Positions 33,006 through 42,211 of a stretch of DNA of 64,000 bases are shown here, piece by piece. A program made the translations under genes and the position numbers. This DNA is from Peptococcaceae bacterium (GTDB lineage: Bacteria; Bacillota; Peptococcia; DRI-13; PHAD01). The stretch lies in NCBI GenBank assembly GCA_040767105.1, contig JAXGPE010000001.1, positions 68,562 through 132,561 of the forward strand, given 5' to 3'. Positions within the stretch are counted from its first letter, which is position 1. Each line of letters begins with the position of its first letter. The notes under the pieces were generated by a model that saw only the letters and a program-made list of their open reading frames with translations, was not told the DNA's origin and ran no database searches.

Positions 33006-33926
33006 ATGGACCAGCAAAAGAAAAAGGGCTATTCAAAGAGATTATTTGTACAAGTCATATTTTTTGGACTTATTTTATTTATCGCATTAAGCAAATCCGG
33101 ATATCTGCCAGAGATATTTGGTTCAGCTTGTCTGCATGGATTATGCCCATTCGGCGGGGTAGTGAGCGTTTATCAGTATTTTAGCGAAGGCACGCTTGTT
33201 CATAAAATCCGCGAATCATCCTTTGTCTTGATGTATATCGTTCTTTTTCTAACAGTATTATTTGGGCCGGTATTTTGTGGTTGGGTATGTCCGTTAGGCT
33301 CGGCACAGGAATGGATAGGACGTATCGGCGCAAAAATATGGAAGAAAAAATACAATAGGTTTATCCCTCGTGAAAAAGATCGTTATCTTCGTTATTTGCG
33401 ATATTTTGTGCTTGTTTGGGTCTTGTACATAACAGCCAAGACAGGTGTATTGATGTTCGAAAATGTTGACCCTTATTACGCTTTGTTTCATTTCTGGACC
33501 AATGAAGTGGCGCCGACGGCCTTGGTTGTCCTTGCAGTGACGATATTGGGAGCTTTGTTTGTCGAAAGACCATGGTGTAAATACCTTTGTCCTTTTGGAG
33601 CTCTTTTGGGTTTAGGCAATTTTATCCGTATTTTCAAGATCAGGCGAAACGCTTCAGCCTGTGTTGAATGTCGAGTCTGTGACCGTGAATGCCCTATGAA
33701 TATCGAGGTTTCAAAAACCGAAATAGTATATGACCACCAGTGTATAACATGTCTGAAGTGCACATCAGAATTCGCCGGCCCATTAAAAAGCATTGTTTCG
33801 CTTTCCGCTAAAGGACCCAAAAAACCTGAATATTTCAGCACTGATTTTAGGATCGATCATACTGCTGGTTTTTCTTGGCGGAATAATCCTTTCTTCCTTG
33901 TTGGGGCATTGGGAAACGGGGAATAA
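33006..33926 (+). CDS. membrane 4Fe-4S binding protein (NapH/MauN-like, COG0348-type)
   Basis: 306 aa. TM helices with CPFGG and CPLG/CPFG motifs, one canonical cluster motif CVECRVCDRECP and a second, incomplete one, CITCLKCTSEF. The 3' end is uncertain (see finding at 33790-34036). Confidence 0.72.
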   Translation: MDQQKKKGYSKRLFVQVIFFGLILFIALSKSGYLPEIFGSACLHGLCPFGGVVSVYQYFSEGTLVHKIRESSFVLMYIVLFLTVLFGPVFCGWVCPLGSAQEWIGRIGAKIWKKKYNRFIPREKDRYLRYLRYFVLVWVLYITAKTGVLMFENVDPYYALFHFWTNEVAPTALVVLAVTILGALFVERPWCKYLCPFGALLGLGNFIRIFKIRRNASACVECRVCDRECPMNIEVSKTEIVYDHQCITCLKCTSEFAGPLKSIVSLSAKGPKKPEYFSTDFRIDHTAGFSWRNNPFFLVGALGNGE

Positions 33927-34002
33927 TGAGAATCGCGGTAAGTTAAGGAAAAACCGACAGGCGGAATATCATGAAAAAACACTTGATATTGGTACGGAGC
34001 AG

Positions 34003-34036
34003 AGGGCTGTTGAATTGACTTAACAGCCCTTTTTAT
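34003..34036 (+). terminator. rho-independent terminator
   Basis: AGGGCTGTT - 10-nt loop - AACAGCCCT followed by TTTTAT. Confidence 0.75.
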
Positions 34037-34043
34037 ATATAAT
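34015..34043 (+). promoter_or_regulatory. sigma-A type promoter of leuS
   Basis: TTGACT (34015-34020) - 17 nt - TATAAT (34038-34043). The -35 box lies in the loop of the upstream terminator. Confidence 0.6.
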
Positions 34044-34113
34044 CGGTTTGTCAGAATAAAGACAACCGAGTCATGCGGGCGCATGACTTAAGTCATGTTT
34101 GGGAGTGTTAGGC

Positions 34114-36591
34114 ATGAGAGAAAATTACGACTTTATAAATATCGAAAAAAAATGGCAGCAGAAATGGAAAGAATCCAGAATATATAAAGTATCTGAGGAT
34201 AGTGAAAAGCAGAAATATTATTGCCTGGAAATGTTTCCATATCCTTCGGGCAATTTGCATATGGGTCATGTGCGAAATTATTCTATTGGAGACGTTATTG
34301 CGCGTTTCAAGAAAATGCGAGGCTTTAATGTACTGCATCCGATGGGATGGGATTCTTTCGGCTTGCCGGCTGAGAATGCTGCCATTAAGCATGGTATCCC
34401 GCCGGCTAAGTGGACTATGGATAACATCGCCAATATGCGCAAACAGCTGCAATCTATGGGTATCAGCTATGACTGGGACAGAGAGGTTGCCTCCTGTCTG
34501 CCGGATTATTATAGATGGACCCAGTGGTTATTCCTGCAGCTATATAAAAACGGACTTGCATATAAAAAGAAAGCGGCGGTAAACTGGTGCCCAAGCTGCG
34601 CAACGGTCCTGGCCAATGAACAGGTCGTAGAAGGTGCCTGCGAGCGTTGTGATGCACCTGTGGAAAGAAAAGCGTTGGAACAATGGTTCTTTCGCATAAC
34701 CGATTATGCCCAGGAATTGCTGGATGATCTCAACAAGCTTCCGGGCTGGCCGGAAAAGGTTAAAATAATGCAGGACAACTGGATAGGACGAAGTGAAGGG
34801 GCAGAGATTATCTTCACTACCGAAAAGACAAAGGCACCCATTCCGGTTTTTACTACCAGGGCAGATACTGTTTTCGGTGTTACCTATATGGTGTTGGCTC
34901 CGGAGCATCCTCTGGTTGATGAGTTGATTGCCGGGACGCGATATGAGTTGGACGTCCGCAGCTTTGTGCAAAGAGTTAAACAAATGAGTGAAATATCCAG
35001 GACTTCAACCGATACAGAAAAAGAGGGTATATTTACAGGGGCGTACGCTATAAACCCGTTAAACAATGAGCGTGTGCCTATACTGGTCGCTAACTACGTT
35101 TTATATGAATACGGCACAGGGGCAGTTATGGGAGTGCCTGCTCATGATGAGAGAGACCATGCTTTTGCCCAAAAATATGATTTGCCGATCCGGACGGTCA
35201 TTCGTGCGAATAAAGCAGAAAAAACAGAAGGACAAGAGATTGAACAAGCCTATACCGAAGACGGAGTGATGATAAACTCCGGTGAATATAATGGGTTGAC
35301 AAGTGCAGAAGGACGAAAAAAAATCGCCGCTTTTCTAGGAACATGCGGCAAGGGGAAAAATAAAATAACTTACCGTTTGCGAGATTGGTTGATTTCTCGA
35401 CAAAGATATTGGGGAGCCCCCATTCCAATAGTATATTGCGCTAAATGCGGCATGGTCCCGGTCAAGGAGGAGCAACTCCCTGTTCTGCTGCCTCTTGATG
35501 TCGAATTCAAAACTACCGGGGAATCACCTTTGACGTACGATCACAGCTTTCTTTATACGACCTGTCCGAACTGCGGCGCCGAAGCCAAGCGTGAGACCGA
35601 CACAATGGATACTTTCGTTTGTTCATCATGGTATTTTTTGCGCTTTTGTGATCCGCGGAATAGCTTGAAAGCTTTTGAAAAAGGGAAGACCGATTACTGG
35701 ATGAATGTAGATCAGTATATTGGCGGAGTGGAACATGCGATTTTGCATCTTATGTACGCAAGATTTTTTACCAAAGCGTTGAATGATTTTAATTTGATCC
35801 ATGTGCGCGAACCATTCAGTAACCTTTTGACCCAGGGGATGGTGCTCAAGGATGGATCAAAGATGTCTAAATCAAAGGGTAATGTGGTTAGTCCGGAAGA
35901 GATAATAAGTAAGTATGGAGCTGACACAGCGCGGTTGTTTATCCTCTTTGCGTCTCCCCCTGAGCGCGATCTGGAATGGAGCGATCAAGGAGTCGAAGGC
36001 AGTTATCGTTTTTTAAGAAGAGTATGGCGGCTTGTTCATGATTTTTTAAGTTCTGAAAATACAGAAAATCTTGATCGATCGGTCGAAGGTGCGGGAAAGG
36101 AAAAAGAGCTGCGTCGTGCGCTGAATGCAACGATCAAGAAAGTTACCGAAGATATCGAGCTAAGGTTCAATTTCAATACAGCCATCAGTTCGATCATGGA
36201 ACTGGTCAATGCTCTTTATCATTATCGTGAATTGCCGCAGCGTGATCCCGTCTTGCTAAGAGAAGCCCTGGAGAAAATGGCGGTGCTATTAGCTCCCTTC
36301 ACACCGCACTTTAGTGAAGAAATATGGTTGGAGCTGGGGCATGAAAAGAGTGTGCATCTTGAGCCGTGGCCTATTTATGATCCGGCTGCACTAATTAGTG
36401 ATCAAGTGGAAGTTGTCTTGCAAATAAACGGCAAAGTCCGTGATCGACTGCTCGTTCCCGCCGGACTGGAAACCGATATGTTGAAGAAAGCTGTATTGGC
36501 TATGGAAAAGGCACAAGCAGCCATTGAAGGCAGGACACTAGTCAAGGTGATAACTATTCCGGATAAACTGGTCAATATCGTAGTCAAATAA
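34114..36591 (+). CDS. leuS: leucine-tRNA ligase
   Basis: Class I signatures HMGHVRNY (HIGH) and KMSKSKGN (KMSKS). N-terminal [14 protein letters not shown]. Start moved to ATG 34114. Confidence 0.97.
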   Translation: MRENYDFINIEKKWQQKWKESRIYKVSEDSEKQKYYCLEMFPYPSGNLHMGHVRNYSIGDVIARFKKMRGFNVLHPMGWDSFGLPAENAAIKHGIPPAKWTMDNIANMRKQLQSMGISYDWDREVASCLPDYYRWTQWLFLQLYKNGLAYKKKAAVNWCPSCATVLANEQVVEGACERCDAPVERKALEQWFFRITDYAQELLDDLNKLPGWPEKVKIMQDNWIGRSEGAEIIFTTEKTKAPIPVFTTRADTVFGVTYMVLAPEHPLVDELIAGTRYELDVRSFVQRVKQMSEISRTSTDTEKEGIFTGAYAINPLNNERVPILVANYVLYEYGTGAVMGVPAHDERDHAFAQKYDLPIRTVIRANKAEKTEGQEIEQAYTEDGVMINSGEYNGLTSAEGRKKIAAFLGTCGKGKNKITYRLRDWLISRQRYWGAPIPIVYCAKCGMVPVKEEQLPVLLPLDVEFKTTGESPLTYDHSFLYTTCPNCGAEAKRETDTMDTFVCSSWYFLRFCDPRNSLKAFEKGKTDYWMNVDQYIGGVEHAILHLMYARFFTKALNDFNLIHVREPFSNLLTQGMVLKDGSKMSKSKGNVVSPEEIISKYGADTARLFILFASPPERDLEWSDQGVEGSYRFLRRVWRLVHDFLSSENTENLDRSVEGAGKEKELRRALNATIKKVTEDIELRFNFNTAISSIMELVNALYHYRELPQRDPVLLREALEKMAVLLAPFTPHFSEEIWLELGHEKSVHLEPWPIYDPAALISDQVEVVLQINGKVRDRLLVPAGLETDMLKKAVLAMEKAQAAIEGRTLVKVITIPDKLVNIVVK

Positions 36592-36593
36592 AT

Positions 36594-36626
36594 AAAAAAA
36601 GCATCTCAAATTGAGATGCTTTTTTG
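36594..36626. terminator. bidirectional terminator between leuS and csp
   Basis: A-run, GCATCTCAA / TTGAGATGC stem, T-run. Confidence 0.85.
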
Positions 36627-36636
36627 TGTTAGAATC

Positions 36637-36834
36637 CTATAATCCTACAACATTTTCAGCTTGTGGGCCACGATTGCCTTCTGTTACGTCAAAAGTAACA
36701 TCTTGACCTTCGTTCAGGGTCTTGAAGCCTTCACTCTTGATAGCTGAAAAATGCACGAATACATCTTTGCCCTCGCCTGTTGTAATAAAGCCGAATCCTT
36801 TTTCTGGATTAAACCATTTTACTTTACCTTGCAT
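36637..36834 (-). CDS. csp: cold-shock protein (CspA family)
   Basis: 65 aa. [17 protein letters not shown] (RNP1) and DVFVHFSAI (RNP2). SD AAAGGAGG. The tracked ORF is 5'-extended to 36972. Confidence 0.95.
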   Translation of the reverse strand: MQGKVKWFNPEKGFGFITTGEGKDVFVHFSAIKSEGFKTLNEGQDVTFDVTEGNRGPQAENVVGL

Positions 36835-36951
36835 TGTTATACCTCCTTTTCCAATCGGACTGGTCAAAAAGCATGAAACGAACAATCGGTGACCAACCAT
36901 TATGGAAAAGGCCAGATAAGTATGTTCGAAACTCTTTAACACGTGACTATA

Positions 36952-36980
36952 AATATAACACGAAATCAGCATATTGTAAA
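36952..36980 (-). promoter_or_regulatory. candidate csp promoter
   Basis: On the minus strand, TTTACA (36980-36975) - 17 nt - TATATT (36957-36952). This would leave a 5' UTR of roughly 110 nt, as is usual for csp genes. Confidence 0.5.
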
Positions 36981-37093
36981 GATATATTTGAGCAAAACGC
37001 CGATGATAAGCATATTTAATAAGAATTCGGGGAAATATAAGTAAAACATATTGCGATGAGAACTTGAATAAACTATAATTTAAATTAGCTTAA

Positions 37094-37230
37094 TAGAAGA
37101 CCTTCAGGGATTGGTGCAATTCCATACCGGCGGTGATCCGCATAATAGCGGCAGCCCGCGAGCCGTAAGGCATGATTCCGGTGAGAACCCGGAGCCGACA
37201 GTCAGAGTCTGGATGAAAGAAGGAAACATT
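37094..37230 (+). promoter_or_regulatory. FMN riboswitch (RFN element)
   Basis: Conserved RFN blocks CTTCAGGGATTGGTGCAATTCCATACCGGCGGT, AGCCCGCGAGCC, GATTCCGGTGAGAACCCGGAGCCGACAGTCAGAGTCTGGATGAAAGAAGG, upstream of ribD. Confidence 0.92.
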
Positions 37231-37257
37231 CGATTTTATGATCGTAGTTTGCCTGTG

Positions 37258-37295
37258 ATTTCCGGAAGGTATTTCTTCCGGAAATTTATTTTTTA
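37258..37295 (+). terminator. riboswitch expression-platform terminator
   Basis: ATTTCCGGAAG / CTTCCGGAAAT stem followed by TTATTTTTT, between the aptamer and the ribD start. Confidence 0.8.
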
Positions 37296-37306
37296 TGAGG
37301 TGTGCT

Positions 37307-38404
37307 ATGCATGAAAAATATATGCGCAGGGCCTTGACCCTGGCACAAAAGGCCAGAGGGCTGACAAGTCCTAATCCTATGGTAGGAGCGGTAATTGTCA
37401 ATAATGACCACATAGTCGGACAGGGTTATCACCATAAAGCCGGTGCTGCTCATGCGGAGATCAATGCTCTGAATGAGGCAGGAGAAGCTGCACGCGGAGC
37501 GGATCTTTATGTTACATTGGAACCTTGTAGTCACTACGGCAGGACGCCTCCCTGCACTGAAGCGATTATTAAGGCGGGTATCAAAAAGGTTTATATGGCT
37601 TTGCGTGATCCCAATCCACTTGTCGATGGGGAAGGTATCAAACGTCTGAGAGATCATGGGCTGGAAGTTGAAGAGGGGATGCTTGAACATGAAGCCCGCA
37701 TAGTCAATGAAGCATTCATAAAATTTATCAAAAAAGATGAACCTTTTGTCGCATTGAAGACGGCGATGTCTCTTGATGGAAAAATCGCTACGCGGACAGG
37801 GGAAGCTAAATGGATAACAGGTCCCGAGGCAAGAAACCATGGACATTTGCTGCGCAGCGAGTATGACGCGATATTGGTAGGTATCGGTACGGTCACAGCT
37901 GACGATCCGAGCTTAACTTGCCGATTGAACGGAATGCAAGGCAGAGATCCTATACGTGTGATCGTAGATAGTAGACTGACTATCGGATCCAAGGCAAAAG
38001 TTCTTGGGCTCTCTTCCTCCGCGGAAACGATAATAGCTACAACTGCCCAGGCATCAACGCATAGAATTAAGGAGATAAGTCAGCTGGCGAAAGTGATCGT
38101 CATAAATGAAGGGCCGGCAGTCTCTTTGCCAATGCTGATGCGCGAGCTTGGCAAAATGGGTATATGCAGCGTCTTGGTGGAAGGCGGAGCTAAAATAAAT
38201 GGAAGTATGCTTAAAGAGAGGATAATAGATAAATTCTATCTTTACACAGCACCGATGTTGATTGGTGGGCAGGGTGCGCCGGGAGCTTTCGGGGGGGACG
38301 GGACGGAAAGTCTTAAGGATGTCCAGCATTTATCAGTGGTAAATACCTGTTTTTTGGGCAAAGATATGCTTTTAACTGCCTATCCGGAGGAAAGGAGGAG
38401 TTGA
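37307..38404 (+). CDS. ribD: bifunctional riboflavin biosynthesis deaminase/reductase
   Basis: Zinc deaminase motifs HAEINAL and PCSHYGRTPPC, C-terminal reductase domain. Start placed at ATG 37307 after GAGGTG. Confidence 0.93.
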   Translation: MHEKYMRRALTLAQKARGLTSPNPMVGAVIVNNDHIVGQGYHHKAGAAHAEINALNEAGEAARGADLYVTLEPCSHYGRTPPCTEAIIKAGIKKVYMALRDPNPLVDGEGIKRLRDHGLEVEEGMLEHEARIVNEAFIKFIKKDEPFVALKTAMSLDGKIATRTGEAKWITGPEARNHGHLLRSEYDAILVGIGTVTADDPSLTCRLNGMQGRDPIRVIVDSRLTIGSKAKVLGLSSSAETIIATTAQASTHRIKEISQLAKVIVINEGPAVSLPMLMRELGKMGICSVLVEGGAKINGSMLKERIIDKFYLYTAPMLIGGQGAPGAFGGDGTESLKDVQHLSVVNTCFLGKDMLLTAYPEERRS

Positions 38405-38405
38405 T

Positions 38406-39064
38406 TTGTTTACTGGGATCATTGAAGAATTAGGGATTGTAAAAAGCATTCGCAAGGGTTCCCGCTCGGCCCTTATACAAATCGAAGCTTCGACGGTACT
38501 GGCGGATATTAAAATTGGAGACAGTATAGCTGTCAACGGTATTTGTCTCACAGCGTCAACCTTTGACGAAAATGGATTTACTGCTGAAGCTATGGCAGAG
38601 ACTTTAAACAGAACAAATCTCGGCAAACTGAAAAGTGGTGACCATGTAAACCTGGAGAGAGCGCTTCGCCTGTCAGACCGTTTTGGGGGACACCTGGTCA
38701 GCGGACACATTGATGGTGTCGGTCGGATAGTATCCAAACAACAGGAGGATATCGCTTTAATATATAGGATCGCTTTTCCTTCGGAATTGGCGCCATATAT
38801 AATTTCAAAGGTTCTGTAGCTATTGAGGGTATAAGCTTGACCGTAATAGAAGCAAATAAAGACGATTTCACGGTATCGATCATACCTCATACACGCAGTC
38901 AAACCAATTTGAGAAACAAGGGAGTAAATGATACTGTCAACCTTGAAACAGATATTATCGCCAAGTATCTGGAAGGCCTGCTCAAGGGCGGTGAGCCCTC
39001 AAAAAGATCCTCCTCGGGAGTGCTTGATATGGATAAGCTGGCGAAATATGGATATATTAAATAG
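38406..39064 (+). pseudogene. ribE: riboflavin synthase alpha subunit, apparent single-base frameshift
   Basis: MFTGIIEELG...GDSIAVNGICLT...GGHLVSGHIDG reads to a stop at 38817-38819. The second lumazine-binding repeat (SLTVIEANKDDFTVSIIPHTRSQTNL...) continues in the -1 frame to 39064. The junction ATTTCAAAGGTTCTGTAGC would read ISKGSVAIEGISLTV with one extra A or G. Confidence 0.88.
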
Positions 39065-39077
39065 GAGATGTATACGA

Positions 39078-40286
39078 ATGAATAAAAAGATAAGATTAAA
39101 TTCTGTTGAAGAAGGTATCGAAGACATCAAAAATGGCAAGATGATCATTGTGATCGATGACGAGGATCGGGAAAATGAAGGAGATCTTGTCATGGCAGCT
39201 AGATGGGCAACGCCGGAAGCGATAAATTTTATGGTTACACATGGCCGCGGATTGGTCTGTATGCCCATGGAAGGGAAGCGCCTCGATGAACTTGAGATAA
39301 CAACAATGGTTCAAAACAATACGGATAATCTGGGCACAGCCTTCACAGTATCAATTGATGCTGTAGGCACAACCACGGGCATATCTGCTTATGAGCGGGC
39401 CTATACTATCCAAAAAGTGCTCGAACCAACCTGCAAACCAGAAGATCTAAAGCGTCCAGGGCATATTTTCCCTTTGCGCTATAGGGATGGAGGGGTATTA
39501 AAAAGGGCCGGCCACACAGAGGCTTCGGTTGACCTTTCCCGACTGGCCGGACTGTACCCGGCGGCGGTGATATGCGAGATCATGAATGAAGATGGTACGA
39601 TGTCTCGTTTGCCCCAGTTGGCAGAGTTCGCTGATAAATATGGTCTGTCGATCGTTACCATCGCAGACCTTATTCAGTACCGTATGCGTAATGAACGCAT
39701 GGTGGAAAAGGCAACCATCGTCGATATGCCCACTATGTACGGTGACTTCAAGGCCCATGTATATTATAGTCATTTGGATCAGCAGACGCATATAGCCTTG
39801 GTCAAGGGAGATTTGAGCATAAAGGAACCAGTCCTGGTCAGGGTCCATTCTGAGTGTCTTACCGGAGACGCTTTGGGATCAATGCGCTGTGATTGCGGAG
39901 ACCAGCTCAAGACTGCACTTTCCATGATCGAAGAGGAAGGCAGGGGGGTTTTATTGTACATGAGACAAGAAGGTCGGGGGATAGGATTGCTAAATAAATT
40001 AAAGGCATATCATTTGCAGGAGCAGGGAATGGACACGGTGGAGGCAAACGAAGCGCTCGGATATCCCGCAGATTTGAGGGATTACGGAACAGGGGCACAA
40101 ATACTGGCTGATTTGGGCATATCGGACATCCGACTTCTGACTAATAATCCGCGCAAGATCGCAGGACTTGAAGGTTATGGGCTTAGGGTCGTCGAAAGAG
40201 TACCTTTAGAAATAACGCCAGGAGAATGTAACCGCAAATATCTTGCAACTAAGAAAGACCGATTGGGACACATGCTTAATTTATAA
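39078..40286 (+). CDS. ribBA: bifunctional DHBP synthase / GTP cyclohydrolase II
   Basis: [12 protein letters not shown] (RibB) and [21 protein letters not shown] (RibA). Start at ATG 39078 after AGGAGA; the tracked ORF is 5'-extended. Confidence 0.95.
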   Translation: MNKKIRLNSVEEGIEDIKNGKMIIVIDDEDRENEGDLVMAARWATPEAINFMVTHGRGLVCMPMEGKRLDELEITTMVQNNTDNLGTAFTVSIDAVGTTTGISAYERAYTIQKVLEPTCKPEDLKRPGHIFPLRYRDGGVLKRAGHTEASVDLSRLAGLYPAAVICEIMNEDGTMSRLPQLAEFADKYGLSIVTIADLIQYRMRNERMVEKATIVDMPTMYGDFKAHVYYSHLDQQTHIALVKGDLSIKEPVLVRVHSECLTGDALGSMRCDCGDQLKTALSMIEEEGRGVLLYMRQEGRGIGLLNKLKAYHLQEQGMDTVEANEALGYPADLRDYGTGAQILADLGISDIRLLTNNPRKIAGLEGYGLRVVERVPLEITPGECNRKYLATKKDRLGHMLNL

Positions 40287-40321
40287 ATATAATTCAATAA
40301 ATTCAGAAGAGAGGTATAAAA

Positions 40322-40786
40322 ATGAAGAAAATCTATGAGGGGTTATTAACTGGTAAAAGCTTAAAAATTGGCATTGTAATAAGCAGATTTAATGAGTTTA
40401 TCACCGGCAAGCTTTTGGAGGGAGCCCAGGATGCCTTGCTGAGACACGGTGTCAGTGAACAGGATATCGATTTGGCATGGACTCCGGGGGCGTACGAAAT
40501 GCCACTTGTTGCTCAACGCATGGCCCAAAAGGGTTATGATGCTGTTATTTGCCTTGGGGCAATTATTCGCGGGGCAACTCCTCATTTTGAATATGTATCA
40601 GCGGAGGTCAGCAAGGGAGTTGCTCAGGTAAGTCTTGCTACTGGGGTTCCGGTGATATTCGGAGTATTGACTACGGATAATATCGAGCAGGCGATAGAGC
40701 GTGCCGGTACGAAAGCCGGAAACAAGGGATTCGAAGCGGCAGTATCAGCTATTGAGATGGCTAATCTGCTGAAAAAGATCGGATAA
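40322..40786 (+). CDS. ribH: 6,7-dimethyl-8-ribityllumazine synthase
   Basis: 154 aa. [34 protein letters not shown]. Confidence 0.95.
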   Translation: MKKIYEGLLTGKSLKIGIVISRFNEFITGKLLEGAQDALLRHGVSEQDIDLAWTPGAYEMPLVAQRMAQKGYDAVICLGAIIRGATPHFEYVSAEVSKGVAQVSLATGVPVIFGVLTTDNIEQAIERAGTKAGNKGFEAAVSAIEMANLLKKIG

Positions 40787-40807
40787 GAACGAAAGGAGAA
40801 ATGCTGA

Positions 40808-41464
40808 GTGAAGATTCATGATCTGACATTTGACCTTTATGAAGGGATGCCGATGTATCCGGCAACTTTTTATCCCGCACCACAAATGGAATATTTGTTA
40901 AAACCGGATACCGATCCGGCTCACCGCTATGTAGGAAAATGCACAATATCAAATCATACCGGAACACATTTGGATGCACCTTTACACTATAATTATGGTG
41001 ATACGCGAACGATCGATAAGGCACCATTGGATGTGCTCGTCGGTAAATGCGTAGTGCTAGATATGGATCATAAAAAAAATGGCGAAGGTGTGACAGCGGC
41101 TGATCTTAAAGCGGCAGCAGCCGGTAAAGATCTGGCCAAAAAGCGTGTTGTGATCAGGACCGGCTATTCTGACCGGCATTGGGGAGAGCAGGATTATTTC
41201 AAAAATGCTCTTTATCTAACGGCAGATGCAGCAAAATGGCTTGTTCAACAGGGTGTCCTACTTGTGGGGATAGATTTTCTGACAGATAAGCCTGGAGACA
41301 GTTCTTTGCCGGTGCATAACGAGCTATTGAGCAACGGGATATATATCCTGGAGTACATGGCGCAAACAAAGGAATTACCATCCAGTTGTACATTGATCGT
41401 AGCTCCGTTAAAGCTTAGAGGAATGGAAGCAGCGCCTTGCAGAGTATACGCTATTGAAGACTGA
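40808..41464 (+). CDS. cyclase family protein (kynurenine formamidase-like, PF04199-type)
   Basis: 218 aa. Metal motif NHTGTHLDAPLHY. GTG start 9 nt after AAAGGAG, only 21 nt after the ribH stop with no intervening hairpin. Confidence 0.78.
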   Translation: MKIHDLTFDLYEGMPMYPATFYPAPQMEYLLKPDTDPAHRYVGKCTISNHTGTHLDAPLHYNYGDTRTIDKAPLDVLVGKCVVLDMDHKKNGEGVTAADLKAAAAGKDLAKKRVVIRTGYSDRHWGEQDYFKNALYLTADAAKWLVQQGVLLVGIDFLTDKPGDSSLPVHNELLSNGIYILEYMAQTKELPSSCTLIVAPLKLRGMEAAPCRVYAIED

Positions 41465-41510
41465 AGTGCCATAAGAATATAAATATAAGCTGAAAGACGT
41501 GCTTGGCCAC

Positions 41511-41563
41511 TTGACTAAGACCCGGTAAGTGCGTATGATAGGGGTTAGTGAATACTAACCCCT
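41511..41563 (+). promoter_or_regulatory. promoter plus palindromic operator candidate of the TetR/activase-related cluster
   Basis: TTGACT (41511-41516) - 17 nt - TATGAT (41534-41539), followed immediately by the 24-nt palindrome AGGGGTTAGTGAATACTAACCCCT (41540-41563, 10-bp arms). Confidence 0.55.
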
Positions 41564-41579
41564 ATTTAAGGAGTGTCTT

Positions 41580-42182
41580 ATGAGAAGTACTAAGCGTTTT
41601 TCAAAAGAACAACGCAAGGCCCAAATTTTGGCGGCTGCTACGGATATTTTTGTGGAAAAAGGTTATCACGCCACCAGAACAAAAGAAATCGCCAAGGCCT
41701 GTGGGGTATCGGAGCCGGTGCTCTATAAGCACTTCAAAAGCAAAGAGGAGTTGTTCCTGGAGGTTATCTCCAGTATCGCCGGGGAAACTTTTAATGATAT
41801 CTGCTTTGATTCTGATCAGGATAGGGGGAATTTATTGGCTTCTTTTGTGCTGAACAAGGCATACAAAATAAGCGATAATTTTCTTTTGTTTAAGCGCCTG
41901 CTCAGTGAATTGCTGGAAAATGAAGATATCCGTCGCGATTACTACGAACGATATCTTCCGCGTATAGCGCATCCGCTTATTTTTTATCTCGACCAGCTTA
42001 AACAACAAAAAATGATTCGTGATGACATTCCCTCTAAGGTGATCCTATTAGGTCTGACAGGCATCATGATGGCTGGCTCCCTGGCTAAAAACCTTGAAGG
42101 CGGAACAGCTTACGAAGATATTGAGACAAAGGAGCTTTACCAAAAAATGCTCCATGTGTATATGCACGGACTATTAAGATGA
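41580..42182 (+). CDS. TetR/AcrR family transcriptional regulator
   Basis: 200 aa. HTH TKEIAKACGVSEPVLYKHF. Confidence 0.85.
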   Translation: MRSTKRFSKEQRKAQILAAATDIFVEKGYHATRTKEIAKACGVSEPVLYKHFKSKEELFLEVISSIAGETFNDICFDSDQDRGNLLASFVLNKAYKISDNFLLFKRLLSELLENEDIRRDYYERYLPRIAHPLIFYLDQLKQQKMIRDDIPSKVILLGLTGIMMAGSLAKNLEGGTAYEDIETKELYQKMLHVYMHGLLR

Positions 42183-42211
42183 GAGCAAATAAAGCAGGAG
42201 GCTGTCAGTAA

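Noticed and set aside
33927-34113. T-box riboswitch upstream of leuS
   Set aside because: The conserved T-box sequence and specifier-loop architecture are absent, and the interval is too short once the terminator and promoter are accounted for.
37286-37846. 186-aa minus-strand ORF
   Set aside because: Antisense to ribD and overlapping the riboswitch terminator. No support.
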